Source: Octopus sinensis (Eukaryota). Taken from it: a DNA stretch of 64,000 bases. Below, piece by piece: positions 11,332-23,905 of the stretch. The translations under genes were made by a program, and so were the position numbers. The notes beneath the pieces are model-generated. The model was not told the DNA's origin and did not search any database. It was given only the letters and a program-made list of their open reading frames with translations. The stretch lies in assembly GCF_006345805.1 (NCBI RefSeq), contig NC_043023.1, positions 2,604,001 to 2,668,000 on the forward strand. Reading direction: 5' to 3'. Each line of letters opens with the position of its first letter. Position 1 is the first letter of the stretch.

Positions 11332-12003
11332 AGGAATAATAGAAATAGGAAGGTCATCTGGTTTACGCCCCCTTACTCACCCGAGGTGGCCTTCAATATA
11401 GGTAAATATTTCCTAGCACTGATAGATAGACATTTTCCAGTTAACCATGCTTATAGGAAACTCTTTAATAGACACAATTTAAAAATTAGTTTTAGTTCAA
11501 CTACCAATTTTAAAAACATAATCAATCATAACATACAAAAAACACAAGAAGAAAACAGCTGTTCCATGCAGGAATAAAGAATTGTGCCCGCTAAATGGAG
11601 CTTGCATGTCCAAGACCATCATATATGAAGCTACCGTAAACTCTATAACCACTAAAGACACCGTTTCGACGAAGAAATACGTGGGCTGACAGAGGGTAAT
11701 TTCAAGACCAGGTTCAATAACCACACTTTGAGCTTTAGGCACTGGAACAAAAAAAAGCGACACAATTATCCAACCATATTTGGTCTTTAAGAGATAAAGG
11801 TGTCGATTATAACATTACAATGGAAGATTTTGGCCAGATGTAAGCCCTATACTAACGGCAGCGGAAGGTGCGGTTTATGCGACATGGAGAGATGGCTTAT
11901 CTGGAAAAGCAGCTTAGACCCTACCACATGTCTAAATACAAGGACAGAGCTTTTCGGATCATGCCCACATGTGACTAAATTTCTGTTATGTTTTGGTCCC
12001 CTA
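11332..12003 (+). pseudogene. Penelope GIY-YIG endonuclease C-terminal fragment (frameshifted)
   Basis: RNRKVIWFTPPYS..NIGKYFL..DRHFP...LFNRHNLKISFS; then CPLNGACMSKTIIYEATV...KYVGLTEGNFKTRFNNH; then WKILARCKPYTNGSGRCGLCDMER...LNTRTELFGSCPH. Confidence 0.9.
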
Positions 12004-12211
12004 AAGAAAACGGATAGAACATGCTTTCTGTGTTATGTCCCAAGAAGATTTTATATATTTTTATATATTTTTATATATTTTTATGTATTTTTATATAATT
12101 TTTATGACGAAAAATGCGAGCGATGTATAAGTACGCAGGCAAAGCAGAGTTATAACAGAGTAATTTCCCTTCATTTTTAATGGTATTTTTTCATAACGTT
12201 TTCAAATAGCC

Positions 12212-12275
12212 AGATAACCGAAGAGATGGTGTTGTGGATTTCCACTTCGGCATCTGAAACTCAGAGTTTTTATCT
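12212..12275 (+). ncRNA. Degenerate hammerhead ribozyme in Penelope pseudo-LTR
   Basis: AGATAA|CCGAAGA|GATG..CATC|T|GAA|ACTC-A-GAGT|T|T|TTATCT; U4 to C change and single-base slips. Confidence 0.45.
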
Positions 12276-12747
12276 TGACTAACGAGTAATGTAACATATT
12301 GTATAGATAAATTTCCTCTATTTACATAATATTGAGGTCTCTTTCTTTCTTTTGTTATCTTACCGTTTTATCAATAATATATAATATATATATATATACT
12401 ATATATATATATATATGATAGGCTTCCACACAGTTGTCATCTACCAAAATTACTCAAAAGGCATTGCTTATCTTGTCCATACAATACACTTGCCAGAAGT
12501 GCCACACAGTGGGACTGAACCTCAAACTGTGTTGTTGCAAGAAGAACTTCAGTAAGCTTCCATGCAATTTCCTTTTTTCAATTTTAACCTCAAGGTATTG
12601 GTTCAATCCAATTCTGTAGAAGAAGACACTTGCCCAAGATTCAACATGCTGGGACTGAACCCAAAACCACATGGTTGCAAATCAGGCTCCTTAACCATTA
12701 GGCCATTGGCCTTAAGACAAATACATCACATAATGTGGTCTTGTGCT

Positions 12748-13531
12748 CACTGTAAATAGGGACCAGGTAGGATGGCCATTGCAGGAGTGTCTTTTAAATA
12801 ATAGGATCTTGCACTCACTGTACATAGGCACCAGACAGGATGGCCTCCGTTGGAATGTCTTTTCAATAATAAGATTTTATACTCATTGTACATAGGGAGC
12901 AGATAGGGTGGCCACTGTTGGAGTGTCTTTTGAATAAGATCTTGCACTGATTGTACATATGGACCAAAGAGGATGGTCATTGCTGGAGTGTCTTTTAAAT
13001 AGGATCTCACACTCATTGTACATAGGGAACGGGAACGGAGAGGATGGCCATTGTTGGAGTGTCTTTTGAATAATAGAATTTTGCACTCATTATACATAAG
13101 GATCAGATAGGATGGCCACTGTTGGAGTGTCTTTTAAATAGGATCTCACACTTGTACATAGGGACCAGATAGGATGGCCATTGCTGGAGTCTCTTTTAAA
13201 TAATAGGATCTTGCACTCATTGTACATAGGGACCAGATAGGATGGCCACTGTTGGAGTGTCTTTTAAATAGGATCTCACACTTATTGTACATAGGGACCA
13301 GATAGGATGGCCTTTGCTGGAGTCTCTTTTAAATAATAGGATCTTGCACTCATTGTACATAGGGACCAGATAGGAAGGCCACTGTTGGAGTGTCTTTTAA
13401 ATAGGATCTCACACTTATTGTACATAGGGACCAGATAGGATGGCCATTGCTGGAGTCTCTTTTAAATAATAGGATCTTGCACACACTATACATAGAGACC
13501 AGGTAGGATGGCCTCTGTTGGAGTGTCTTTT
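12748..13531. repeat. 65/68-bp minisatellite, ~12 units, alternating into a 133-bp dimer
   Basis: gggaccagata at 13161, 13229, 13294, 13362 and 13427. Confidence 0.9.
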
Positions 13532-13749
13532 ATCACAGATCTGCTGTAGCTGAGCTGAGCTGACCTGGTGTTGAACAACATTTATAAAAAGATAACCAAC
13601 AGAAATTCACTCAGAAAAAAACCGAATTTATTGACATCAGACAAAGATTTAGCAGAAAGAATTAGGCTGTTACCATGTGACTGCGGAGATTGTCTTTCAT
13701 TAAATATGTATACAGTTTCTTCCTGTCTATTATGTCTTCAGTTTGTGTG

Positions 13750-13772
13750 TGTATACATACATACATACATAC

Positions 13773-13803
<31 letters not shown>

Positions 13804-13855
13804 TATATAGACAGATAGATGTGTGCACATATACATATGCACATGTGTGGGTGTG

Positions 13856-13887
<32 letters not shown>

Positions 13888-14243
13888 ATATAAACATATA
13901 CATATGTATGGGCATATATATATATATGTATATATACTGAAATATAGACACACACACACACACACACACACACACAACACACACATATATATATATATAT
14001 ATGACATATATACATCAATATATATATATTATATAGACATATATATATATATTGACATATATACATCAATATATATATATATATATATATTGACATATGT
14101 ATATACATCTATATATATATATATATATATATATATTGACATATGTATATACATCTATATATATATATTATATATATATATATATATGACATATATATAT
14201 ACATCTATATAGACATATACATATATATATACACACACACACA

Positions 14244-14275
<32 letters not shown>

Positions 14276-14410
14276 TATATATAATATATATATATATATA
14301 TACACATACATACATACATATAGATATATATGTGTGTGGTGTATACACACACACACATATATCCTTCTCACTCTGCTTTTACATATATATATATATATAT
14401 TTATGCATGC
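13750..14410. repeat. (TA)n/(CA)n compound microsatellite
   Basis: Direct reading. Confidence 0.95.
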
Positions 14411-14574
14411 ATGTATGTATTGTTTTGGTCTCTCCTTTTCTCTCTCCCCTCCAAGAGATAACATCAGGAAATGCATTCTGGGAATAGATGAACCCATTAA
14501 CCTCTCTCCATAGAAATTTGCATAAACTAAATTAGAAATATCTAGATGCTTGCCATAATTCTTTCTTTTTTTTA

Positions 14575-15167
14575 TATACTTCTACCACTACCACCACCAC
14601 CACCTACACTACCACAACTTCTTCTTCTTTTACTATTTCTTCTTCTTCTTCTACTACTACGTATTCTTCTTTCTTATTATCATCATCATCATCATTATTA
14701 AGAACAACTTCCCCCCTCCTATCTGCACCCCCTTCTCTTTGAAGCAGACTCCTGTATATATATATTTTTCTTAATTTTTTCTTCAGCATTATAGTTATTA
14801 TTATTATCATTATTGATATCATTATTATTATTATCATTATCGTTATTATTTTTATTATTATTATCATTATTAATTGTTATTATTATTATTATCATCATCA
14901 TCATCATCATTATCATCATCATCATTATTATTATTATCATCATCATCATCCTAAATATTAATATTATTATTATTATTATTATTATTGTTATTATTATTAT
15001 TGTTATTAATATTATTATCATTATCATTATTATTATTATTGTCATTATTATTATTATAATTATTATTATTGTCATTATTATTATTATTACTATTATTATT
15101 TTCATTATTATTATTATTATTATCATTATTATTATTGTTATTATTATTGTTATTATTATTATTATTG

Positions 15168-15204
<37 letters not shown>

Positions 15205-15915
15205 CATTATTATTATTATCATTGTCATTATTATTATTGTTATTAATATGATTACGGTTGTTATGTTGTCCTAATTGTTATTGTCAGTAAAAATAAAAGC
15301 AGAAATAATATTTGTCAGCATCAGCATCACCGTCAGCCTTGTCCTCACCACCATCATCATCATCATCACCATCATCACCATCAGCACCACCATCGCTGCC
15401 GCCACCACCACCACCACCATCATAACTAACATCATCATCACCGTCATCACCACCATCATTATCACTATCATCATTGGCAGAATCACCACCACCACTACCA
15501 CCACCATCAGTGCTATATTTCTGCCCATCATCATCATCATCATTGTCAATATATATTGTTGTTGTTGTTATATATTATTCAGTTTTTATTGTTCATTTGT
15601 GTTGTATTATTTTTATTAGTTTGTATTGATGTTGCAGCTGTTGTTGGAGTGGCTGTCAGTGCACATGCTTGGAAGGTTGTACTAGTAATAGTAGTAGTAG
15701 TAGTATTGTAGTAAATTGGAGTAGTAGTTGTTGTGATGGTAGTAGTAGCAGTAGTAGTTGTTGTAATAGTAGTGGTAGTTGTTATAGTAGAAGTTGCAGC
15801 AGTTGTTGTAGTGATGGTAGTAGTAGCAGTAGTAGCAGTAGTAGTAGTAGCTGTTGTAGCTGTTGTGCTAGTAGTGGTGTTAGTACTAGCAGTAACAGTT
15901 GTTATTGCTGTTGTT
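14575..15915. repeat. Compound trinucleotide tracts (ATT, CAT, CAC, GTA, GTT)
   Basis: Direct reading; source of the poly-Ile/Met/Thr ORFs. Confidence 0.9.
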
Positions 15916-16207
15916 GTTTGTCTGAAGACGGAGGGTGAGATCAATGATGGAGAGGCACATCTGTGGAGCCAAGGTGAGAGAAAGAGAAGCGGGGGTTGAA
16001 GTATGGCAAAGAGGAAAGGAAAAGTGGCGGGGGACACACACACACACACACACACACAGACCAAACAAGAAAAAAAAGACCAAAAAAAGATATTGGCAAA
16101 CAAACAACAATGACAACAACAGCACCAACACTTGATAGAATATAGATTAAAAAAAAAGAATTGAAAGAAGTGGAGGAGAAAAAGAGTTGAAAGAGATTAG
16201 CAAATAG

Positions 16208-16672
16208 CAGTAGTAATAATAATAATAATGAAAATGATAATAATAATAATGATAATAATAATAATAATGATTATAATACTAATAATAATAATAATGATTA
16301 TAATGAAAATAATAATAATAATAATAATAATGAAAATAGTAATAATAATAGTAATATGATAATATTAATAATAATAGTAATAAATAATGATAATATTATA
16401 ATAATAGTAATAATTATAATAATAATAATAGTTAATAGTAATAATAATATATAATGATAATAATAATAGTAATAGTAATTAATAATAGTAATAGTAATAT
16501 TGATAATAATATAATAGTAATAATAATATAATAATATATAATAATAATAATTATAATAGTAATAATATAAGATGATAATAATAATAAAAATAAGAAAAAA
16601 TGAAAATAATAATAATAATAATAATAACTAAAATGAAAATAATAAAAAAAAATTAATAATAATAATAATAAT
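16208..16672. repeat. (AAT)n microsatellite
   Basis: Direct reading. Confidence 0.95.
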
Positions 16673-16673
16673 T

Positions 16674-17229
16674 GCCCTGATGCAGTACCAGGCAGTGGCT
16701 CTCATGGCTTCTGATCTTAACTGATTGGAAGTGTTATCATGTACATTGTTTTGTCTTGGTATAAAAGATGGGCTACAGCAAATATTCTGCTCAATACCAC
16801 AGATTTGCTTGTCAGTTGTTTGACCATAACCAGTTGACCATGTCCCTTAGTGGCTGACGATATGTGCATCTCTGATTACGGGCAGAAGTAGTGGGAGAGC
16901 ATCATAGTCATGTGTTGAGAGGGATTCTTTGGAGTTTAAATAATTCACCTTTGGAAACATGGGTGTTTCGTTCAATATCCTTAAACAATCCTTATTCAGG
17001 GACCGTTTGAGTAGGACGGGCTACTTGACCAGAAGAAAATTTTAACTGGGCCCCACCTGCAAGGACATGCTCTGTTTATACTGATATGAGATCACCATGT
17101 CAGGCACACATGGTTGTGATGCATGTGCCTGGTGTACCCTTATCAGACGGGTAGTCATGATGGGTATATTGGGCTTCGTATATTTTACCCCAGTGTCACT
17201 TTGATGGCATGCACTGCTCTCTCACTCCA
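16674..17229 (+). mobile_element. ~555-bp non-coding interspersed element embedded in (AAT)n (family F)
   Basis: tgccctgatgcagtaccaggc...gcactgctctctcactc; near-identical copy at 18061-18612; strand assignment is arbitrary. Confidence 0.75.
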
Positions 17230-17261
17230 TAATAATAATAATAATAATAATGATAATAATC

Positions 17262-17680
17262 GTCTCTGCTGGAAGCACAAGACCTCAAATTTTGGGGGAA
17301 GAGATTAAGTCGATTTCATCAACCCCCAGTTCATAACTGGTACTAATTTTATTGACTGTGAAAGGATGAAAGGCAGAATTTGAACTTAAAACCTAACGGC
17401 AGATGAAATACCACCAAGTATTTCACCCAGCATGCTAACAATTCTGCCAGCTTAATAATAATAATAATAATATAATAATAATAATAATAATAATAAATAA
17501 TAATAATAATCCTTTCTAGTGCAGGCACAAGGCCTGAAATTTTGGGAGAGGAGTAAGTTGATGACATTGACCCCAGTGTGTGACTTGTACTTATTTTATC
17601 AACCCCGAAAGGATGAAAGGCAAAGTCAACCTCGGCGGAATTTGAACCCAGAATGTAGGTGATTGGCGAAATGCCGTTAA
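17262..17680 (-). mobile_element. Two SINE family B variants separated by (AAT)n
   Basis: gaaaggatgaaaggca...aatttgaac motif at ~17360 and ~17610. Confidence 0.65.
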
Positions 17681-17902
17681 GTAGTGGGGGAGCATCATAG
17701 CCGTGTGTTGAGAGGGATTCTTTGGGGCTTGAATAATTCACCTCTGGAAACATGGGTGTTTCGTTCAACATCTTTAAATGAAACAGGGACCTTTTGAGCA
17801 GGATGGGCTACTCAACCAGAAGAACATTCTAACTGGGCTCCACCTTCAAGGTCATGTGTGTTACTGGTGTGTTACTGATTCCGCCAGCTCTCTGCCTTGA
17901 TG

Positions 17903-17939
<37 letters not shown>

Positions 17940-18024
17940 CAGAAACAGCAATAATAGGAATAATAAATAAAATAATAACAATAACACAATAATGATGATA
18001 TAATTATGATGATGATGATAATAA

Positions 18025-18055
<31 letters not shown>

Positions 18056-18060
18056 AATAA

Positions 18061-18612
18061 TGCCCTGATGCCGTACCAGGCAATGGCTCTCATGGCTTCT
18101 GATCTTAACTGATTGGAAGTGTTATCATGTACATTGTTTTGTCTTGGTATAAAAGATGGGCTACAGCAAATATTCTGCTCAATACCACAGATTTGCTTGT
18201 CAGTTGTTTGACCTAACCAGTTGAGCATGTCCCTTAGTGGCTGACGATATGTGCATCTCTGATCACGAGCAGAAGTAGTGGGGGAGCATCATAGCCATGT
18301 GTTGAGAGGGATTCTTGGGGTTTGAATGATTCACCTCTGGAACATGGGTGGTTCTTTTTCAATCCTTAAACAACCCTTATTCAGGGACCGCTTGAGCGGG
18401 ATGGGCTACTCAACCTGAAGAAAATTCTAACTGGGCCCCACCTGCAAGGTCATGAGCTGTTTATCTTGATATGGGATCACCATGTCGCGCACATATGGTT
18501 GTGATGCATGTGCCTGGTGTGCCCTTATCAGACAGGTAGTCATGATGGGTATATTGGGCTTCGTATATTTTACCCCAGTGTCACTTTGATGGCATGAACT
18601 GCTCTCTCACTC
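18061..18612 (+). mobile_element. Family F element in (AAT)n
   Basis: Aligns end to end with 16674-17229. Confidence 0.75.
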
Positions 18613-18707
18613 AATAATAATAATAATAATAATAAAATAATATAATAATAATAAAAATAAAAATAATAATAATAATAAAAATAATAATAATAATATAAAA
18701 ATAATAA

Positions 18708-18738
<31 letters not shown>

Positions 18739-18821
18739 AAAAATAATAATAAAAATAATAATAATAATAATAAAAATAAAAATAATAATAATAATAATAA
18801 AAATAATAATAATAATAAAAA

Positions 18822-18852
<31 letters not shown>

Positions 18853-18872
18853 AATGATAATAATGATAATAA
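18612..18872. repeat. (AAT)n/(AAAAAT) microsatellite
   Basis: Direct reading. Confidence 0.95.
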
Positions 18873-19159
18873 TTCCGTGATATCTCTGGTTGAGACTTGG
18901 GAGCAAGTCATAAATTCTTGCAAAAAAACAGGCATCATGTAACAATAATAATAATAATAATAATCATAACAACAACAACAATGATAATAATAAGTATTTG
19001 CCACAAGGGTGAACGATGAGAGGACATTGCAGTATGATGATGATGATGATAGTAATAGAAATATTGTTGTTTTTGCTGTTGTTGTTGTTATTGCCTGACT
19101 AAGAAAAACTGAAGAATGAAAATGTAATTGGTTTTTGTTTATTGGGTTATTGCCCTCAA

Positions 19160-19449
19160 TTTATATATACATTACGTGGGTGTGTGTGTATATATATACA
19201 TATATGCATATGCATGCGTTTATATATGTATATATATATATATATATATATGCACACATCATTCCCTCTATATATATGTGTGTGTGTGTGTAAATATATA
19301 TATATTATATATATACACACATACGTACACACTTATGTACATGTGTGTATATATATATATATATATACATTTATACACACTTGCTCTTTCACACACACAT
19401 ACACTTATACAAATGCATCTGTCTATATATAAAAATGTACGTGTGTGTA

Positions 19450-19487
<38 letters not shown>

Positions 19488-19623
19488 TACACATATATAC
19501 ACACACTCACATACAGAGAGGCACATTTCAGTAGTTAACATACACACACACACTTATGCATATATATATATACAAATATCTATACACTTCTACTAAACTC
19601 TGGTAGATATATAAATGTGTATA

Positions 19624-19663
<40 letters not shown>

Positions 19664-19682
19664 CATTTACACATATGTATAT

Positions 19683-19727
<45 letters not shown>

Positions 19728-19850
19728 TATATATATACACACATATATATTTAGAGAGAGAGATAATGAGAGATAGCAAGATGGGGGAGAGAGATACACA
19801 CATAGATGTACACTTTGTCTTACACACACACACACACACACATCCACACA
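19160..19850. repeat. TA/CA compound microsatellite
   Basis: Direct reading. Confidence 0.9.
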
Positions 19851-20214
19851 CATGAGATCTCCTTCATTTTCTTCTTCCAGTTCTTGTAATCCTTCAGTCT
19901 ATATCTTGAAGAATGCTCACCGTCCAACTCCATTCCACACTATTTCCCAAGAAAGATTCAGCCCCCACCCTTCCCGACCCCCTGTTCCCAGAAATGCCTG
20001 TTTAAACAATGCCCCACCCCCCTACCCCATTGCCTCACCTTACCTTGTATCTACTTCTATTGAAATTACGACTAAGCTATTTATTGGCTGTTAACTCCAA
20101 CATGCAAACCATTAATGCTTTTAATTGACTGCATGGCAGCTAAAATTAAATCAAGGACATACGTGCATAAATACATACACCCATACAAACACACATATAA
20201 ATTGATTAACAGAA

Positions 20215-20232
20215 TAGGATAGGATGGAATTG

Positions 20233-20265
<33 letters not shown>

Positions 20266-20390
20266 GTAGATGGGATAGATAGAGAGATAGATAGATAGAT
20301 AGATAAGATAAGATAGATAGATAGATAGATTGATTGATAAACAGATAAATAGATAGACGGATAGATGGATAGATAGATAGATATAGGTAG

Positions 20391-20421
<31 letters not shown>

Positions 20422-20537
20422 TAGATAGGTAGATAGATAGACAGATAGATAGGCATATATAGATAGATAGATAGATAGAATAGAATAGAATAGAATAGAC
20501 AGACAGATAGATAGAGAGAGAGTCTGTTTGATAGATT

Positions 20538-20575
<38 letters not shown>

Positions 20576-20778
20576 TAGGTAGATGGAAATTAGACAAGTA
20601 GATGGAAAGATAGACAGGTAGATAGACAGATATAGAAACAGGCAGATAGAAGTAGAGAGCGATAGAGAGAGAGAGATGGAAAAATAGATAGACTGATTAG
20701 ATAGAGAGATAGATAGATAGATTGGTAGATAGATAGAGAGATAGATAGATAGAGAGATAGATAAATAGATAGACTGAT

Positions 20779-20809
<31 letters not shown>

Positions 20810-20915
20810 GCAGATAGGTAGATGGAAATTAGACAGATGGGAAGATAGATAGGTAGATGAATAGATATAAAAACAGGTAGATAGCTGTAGAGAGAGCGAG
20901 AGAGTTAGATACATA
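20215..20915. repeat. (GATA)n/(GACA)n tetranucleotide tract
   Basis: Direct reading. Confidence 0.95.
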
Positions 20916-20959
20916 TGTATGCATATTTATGTATGTATATATATATATATATATATATA

Positions 20960-21351
20960 CTAGCAGAATTGCCGGCGTTGCTCGGGTTTGTAAGGGAAAT
21001 AACTATATAAGCATTTTTAGAGAGTTATAAGCCAAAAAATAGCAAAAAAATGCATTAAAATTGAAAAAAAATTAGGTAAATTTTTTTTAAGTCGATGACA
21101 CATCGTAGATATTTTTAGAGAGTTACTTCCCTTATATAAAAGCGAAAAAAAATGCATTAAAATGGAAAAATATGATGGTAAATTTTTTTTTAAATCGTAG
21201 ACTCATCGTAGACGCACGCTATACCCAGAAGGGCTCGATATGAATCACGACTATAGATACCCGCTTTTGGTTAAACTGCACCGCAAAATGTGGGAGTAGT
21301 TAGGAATCTAATCGTAGGAGACAGACACACAACTTCACTCTTATATAAAGA
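20960..21351 (-). mobile_element. Non-autonomous Helitron
   Basis: Minus strand A|TCTTTATATAAG...; 3' GC hairpin cccgagcaacgccggc, then CTAG|T. Confidence 0.75.
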
Positions 21352-21742
21352 TGCTTTTTTTTTTCAGTCATAGAGTTAGATTTATGAAGGTCTTCAGTAG
21401 AAAATCCTTCGAATTCTGACTCGCGCTTGATATATGAAATTCGTATCCATTTTTTGTCAGAATTAAATTTTGAAAACACAATAGGAACAAATTTCGGAAA
21501 AAAATCTCCCATAATTCACGGAATTAAATTACACTTCGATTTTTGTACAAAACTGTATTTGAAGTGTTTACGAAGTATAATACGTGTTTTCACGAATGTA
21601 CTAAAGAGATTTGCTCTGATATTCTCATTTAAATATGAATAGGTAAATTCGGGCGGCTTGGTAACTATATATAAGTGTCGTCTGTTTATACATAAACACT
21701 GTTTCATACTGCAATTATATATACATATATCTATATATAATA

Positions 21743-22133
21743 CTAGCAGTATCGCCCGGCGTTGCTCGGGTTTGTAAGGGAAATAATTATATAAGCATTT
21801 TTAGAGATGTAAAGTATAATAGCCATCTCAATATGGCTAACCACAAAGGGGGAGGGGTGTTACTGTAGCTTTTTACGTTCTGAGATTTAATAAGAAATTT
21901 TAGAGAGTTACTTCCCTTATATATGTCAAAATGGATTAAAAATGTGAAAAATTGATGGTAAATTTTTTTTTAAATCGTAGACTCATCGTAGACGCGTGCT
22001 AATACCCACGGTCTCGATATGAATCACGACTATAAGATACCCGGTTTTGGTTAAACTGCACCGCAAAATGTGGAGTAGTTAGGAATCTAAATCGTAGGAG
22101 ACAGACACACAACCTCACTTTTATATATAAAGA
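21743..22133 (-). mobile_element. Non-autonomous Helitron, second copy of the same family
   Basis: A|TCTTTATATATAAAA...cccgagcaacgccggg-8 nt-CTAG|T; canonical TC...CTRR ends in an AT target. Confidence 0.8.
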
Positions 22134-22295
22134 TTTCCTCTATTTACATAATATTGAGGTCTCTTTCTTTCTTTTGTTATCTTACTGTTTTTACCAATAT
22201 ACATATATATATATATATAAAATATATATATAGTTACAGAGATGTACTTGCATAGCAAGTGACTTGATCTGAGATCGTGTGCTGGAACGAAACAG

Positions 22296-22551
22296 TTGCA
22301 GCGTTGAAGGTGTTTATAAGCCATTTAAGAAACACACAAAAAACCGTTAGATTCACTTCACATTTAAATTTAATTTGTCAAAATATTTTCGTCGCTTTGA
22401 GACCGCGACCTGTTAGCACGATATTTTTTCAGTGAACAGGTCGCGGTCTCAAAGCGAGGAAATATTTTTGGCAAATTAATTTAATGTTGAAGTGAATGTA
22501 ACGGTTTTTGTGTGTTTCTTAAATGGCTTACAAACACCTTCCACGCTGCAA
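22296..22551. repeat. Long palindrome with ~118-bp arms and a 20-nt loop (Penelope-like fold-back)
   Basis: 22296-22414 is the imperfect reverse complement of 22435-22551; the right arm abuts (TA)n. Confidence 0.9.
22424..22475 (+). ncRNA. Putative hammerhead ribozyme, G3-C8 core variant
   Basis: TTTTTCA|GTGAACA|G|GTCGC-ggtctcaaa-GCGA(G)|GAAA...; the minus-arm copy (22374-22414) supplies an intact GCGAC|GAA|AATATT|T|TGACAAA. Confidence 0.55.
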
Positions 22552-22913
22552 TATATATACACACATATATATATATGTATGTATGTATGTATGTGTGTAT
22601 ATGTGTATGCATGTATGTGTGTGTGTGTGCGTGTCTGTGCTTGTGATTGTCCTCCACCACTGCTTGACAACGAATGTTGGTTTGTTTACATCCCTGTCAC
22701 CTAGTGGTTTGACAAAGGAAACAGATAGAATAAGTACAATGCTTACAAAAATAAAACTGGAGTTGATTCATTAAACTACAATTCTTCAAGGCATTGCCCA
22801 GCATGGCCACAGACCAATGGCTGGAAAAAGCAGAAGAATAAAAGAATACATTCTCTGCTTTGGTCTTATGTTCAAGGCATGAGAAAGCTTGAGTTTACAT
22901 GAGAAGGCCTAAC

Positions 22914-23397
22914 AGACCTGGTAGAAACAGCAGCCAAATCTCCCTCAAATCACACCTTACTGTCTTATGTATGTATATAATATGAGCCAATGAGGGGGAC
23001 CTCTACATGGTAGCTAGACCTGGTAGAAATAGCAGCCAAATTTCCCCCAAATCACACCTTACTGTCTTATCTATGTATATATGTATGTATGAGCCTATGA
23101 GGGAGACCCCTACATGGCAGCTAGACCTGGTAGAAATAGCAGCCAAATTTCCCCCAAATCACCCCACACTTACTGTCTTATCTATGTATATATGTATGTA
23201 TGAGCCTATGAGGGAGACCCCTACATGGCAGCTAGACCTGGTAGAAATAGCAGCCAAATTTCCCCCAAATCACACCTTACTGTCTTATCTATGTATATAT
23301 GTATGTATGAGCCTATGAGGGAGACCCCTACATGGCAGCTAGACATGGTAGAAATAGCAGCCAAATCTCCCTCAAATCACACCTTACTGTCTTATCT
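22914..23397. repeat. Five tandem ~102-111-bp units
   Basis: agac(c/a)tggtagaaa(t/c)agcagccaaa at 22914, 23016, 23123, 23234 and 23341. Confidence 0.9.
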
Positions 23398-23643
23398 TTC
23401 TGCTACTTGGATATAGGTGTTATATTCGTCGTAAAAAAACTTTCCTGTCACACACTCACGCACACGCACACAACACACACAACACCACACACGCACCCTC
23501 ACACACACACGCGCACACCCACCACACACCACTCACACACACGCACGTTAGCTTACAATTTTATTTATATATTTGCGTGTCTGTGTGAAAGAGGAAGTGG
23601 GAGGCAGAGTGAAAGAATCACTCACTACAGTAAGTCAATTACT

Positions 23644-23905
23644 TCATTTTATTCGTTGCCCACTGTGTGTGTGCGTTTGCGTGTGCTGTAAACCAGACTA
23701 AGAAAAGCATTTGACACACACACCAGATGTGAGTTTTCTGTAAATTTTGCTTAACTGGAGTTTAAATTTTAAAAACTGGACCTGGCATGACGCGATGCAT
23801 TGTACTCTTAAAAATGCAAGGTAAATTGTAATTGAAGAAATCCTATATTGTAGATTTGTAACTCCCAAAGGGAGGCAGATAAATCTGCCTTTTATAATAA
23901 GAGAT
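23644..23905 (-). mobile_element. Putative non-autonomous Helitron 5' part
   Basis: Minus strand starts A|TCTCTTATTATAAAAGGCAG; duplicated at 24406-24666; 3' CTRR end not found. Confidence 0.45.

Larger units (their letters stand above)
11242..12375 (+). mobile_element. 5'-truncated Penelope-like element with inverted 5' tail and 3' pseudo-LTR
   Basis: Perfect 45-bp inverted repeat (11242-11286 vs 12085-12129), GIY-YIG relic, hammerhead-like motif at 12212-12275, (TA)n on both flanks. Confidence 0.8.

Noticed and set aside
16674-16700. Resemblance of the family F end to the U2 snRNA 3' region or an HDV-like ribozyme
   Set aside because: Only ~12 nt of similarity, and no Sm site or nested pseudoknot could be built.
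19852-19925. Acidic mini-exon candidate ([15 protein letters not shown]) on the minus strand
   Set aside because: Weak acceptor, donor falls within a GT microsatellite, and no homology was recognised.
13568-20914. Numerous YI/IY/poly-Ile/poly-Leu ORFs
   Set aside because: These are translations of (TA)n, (AAT)n and (GATA)n microsatellites.
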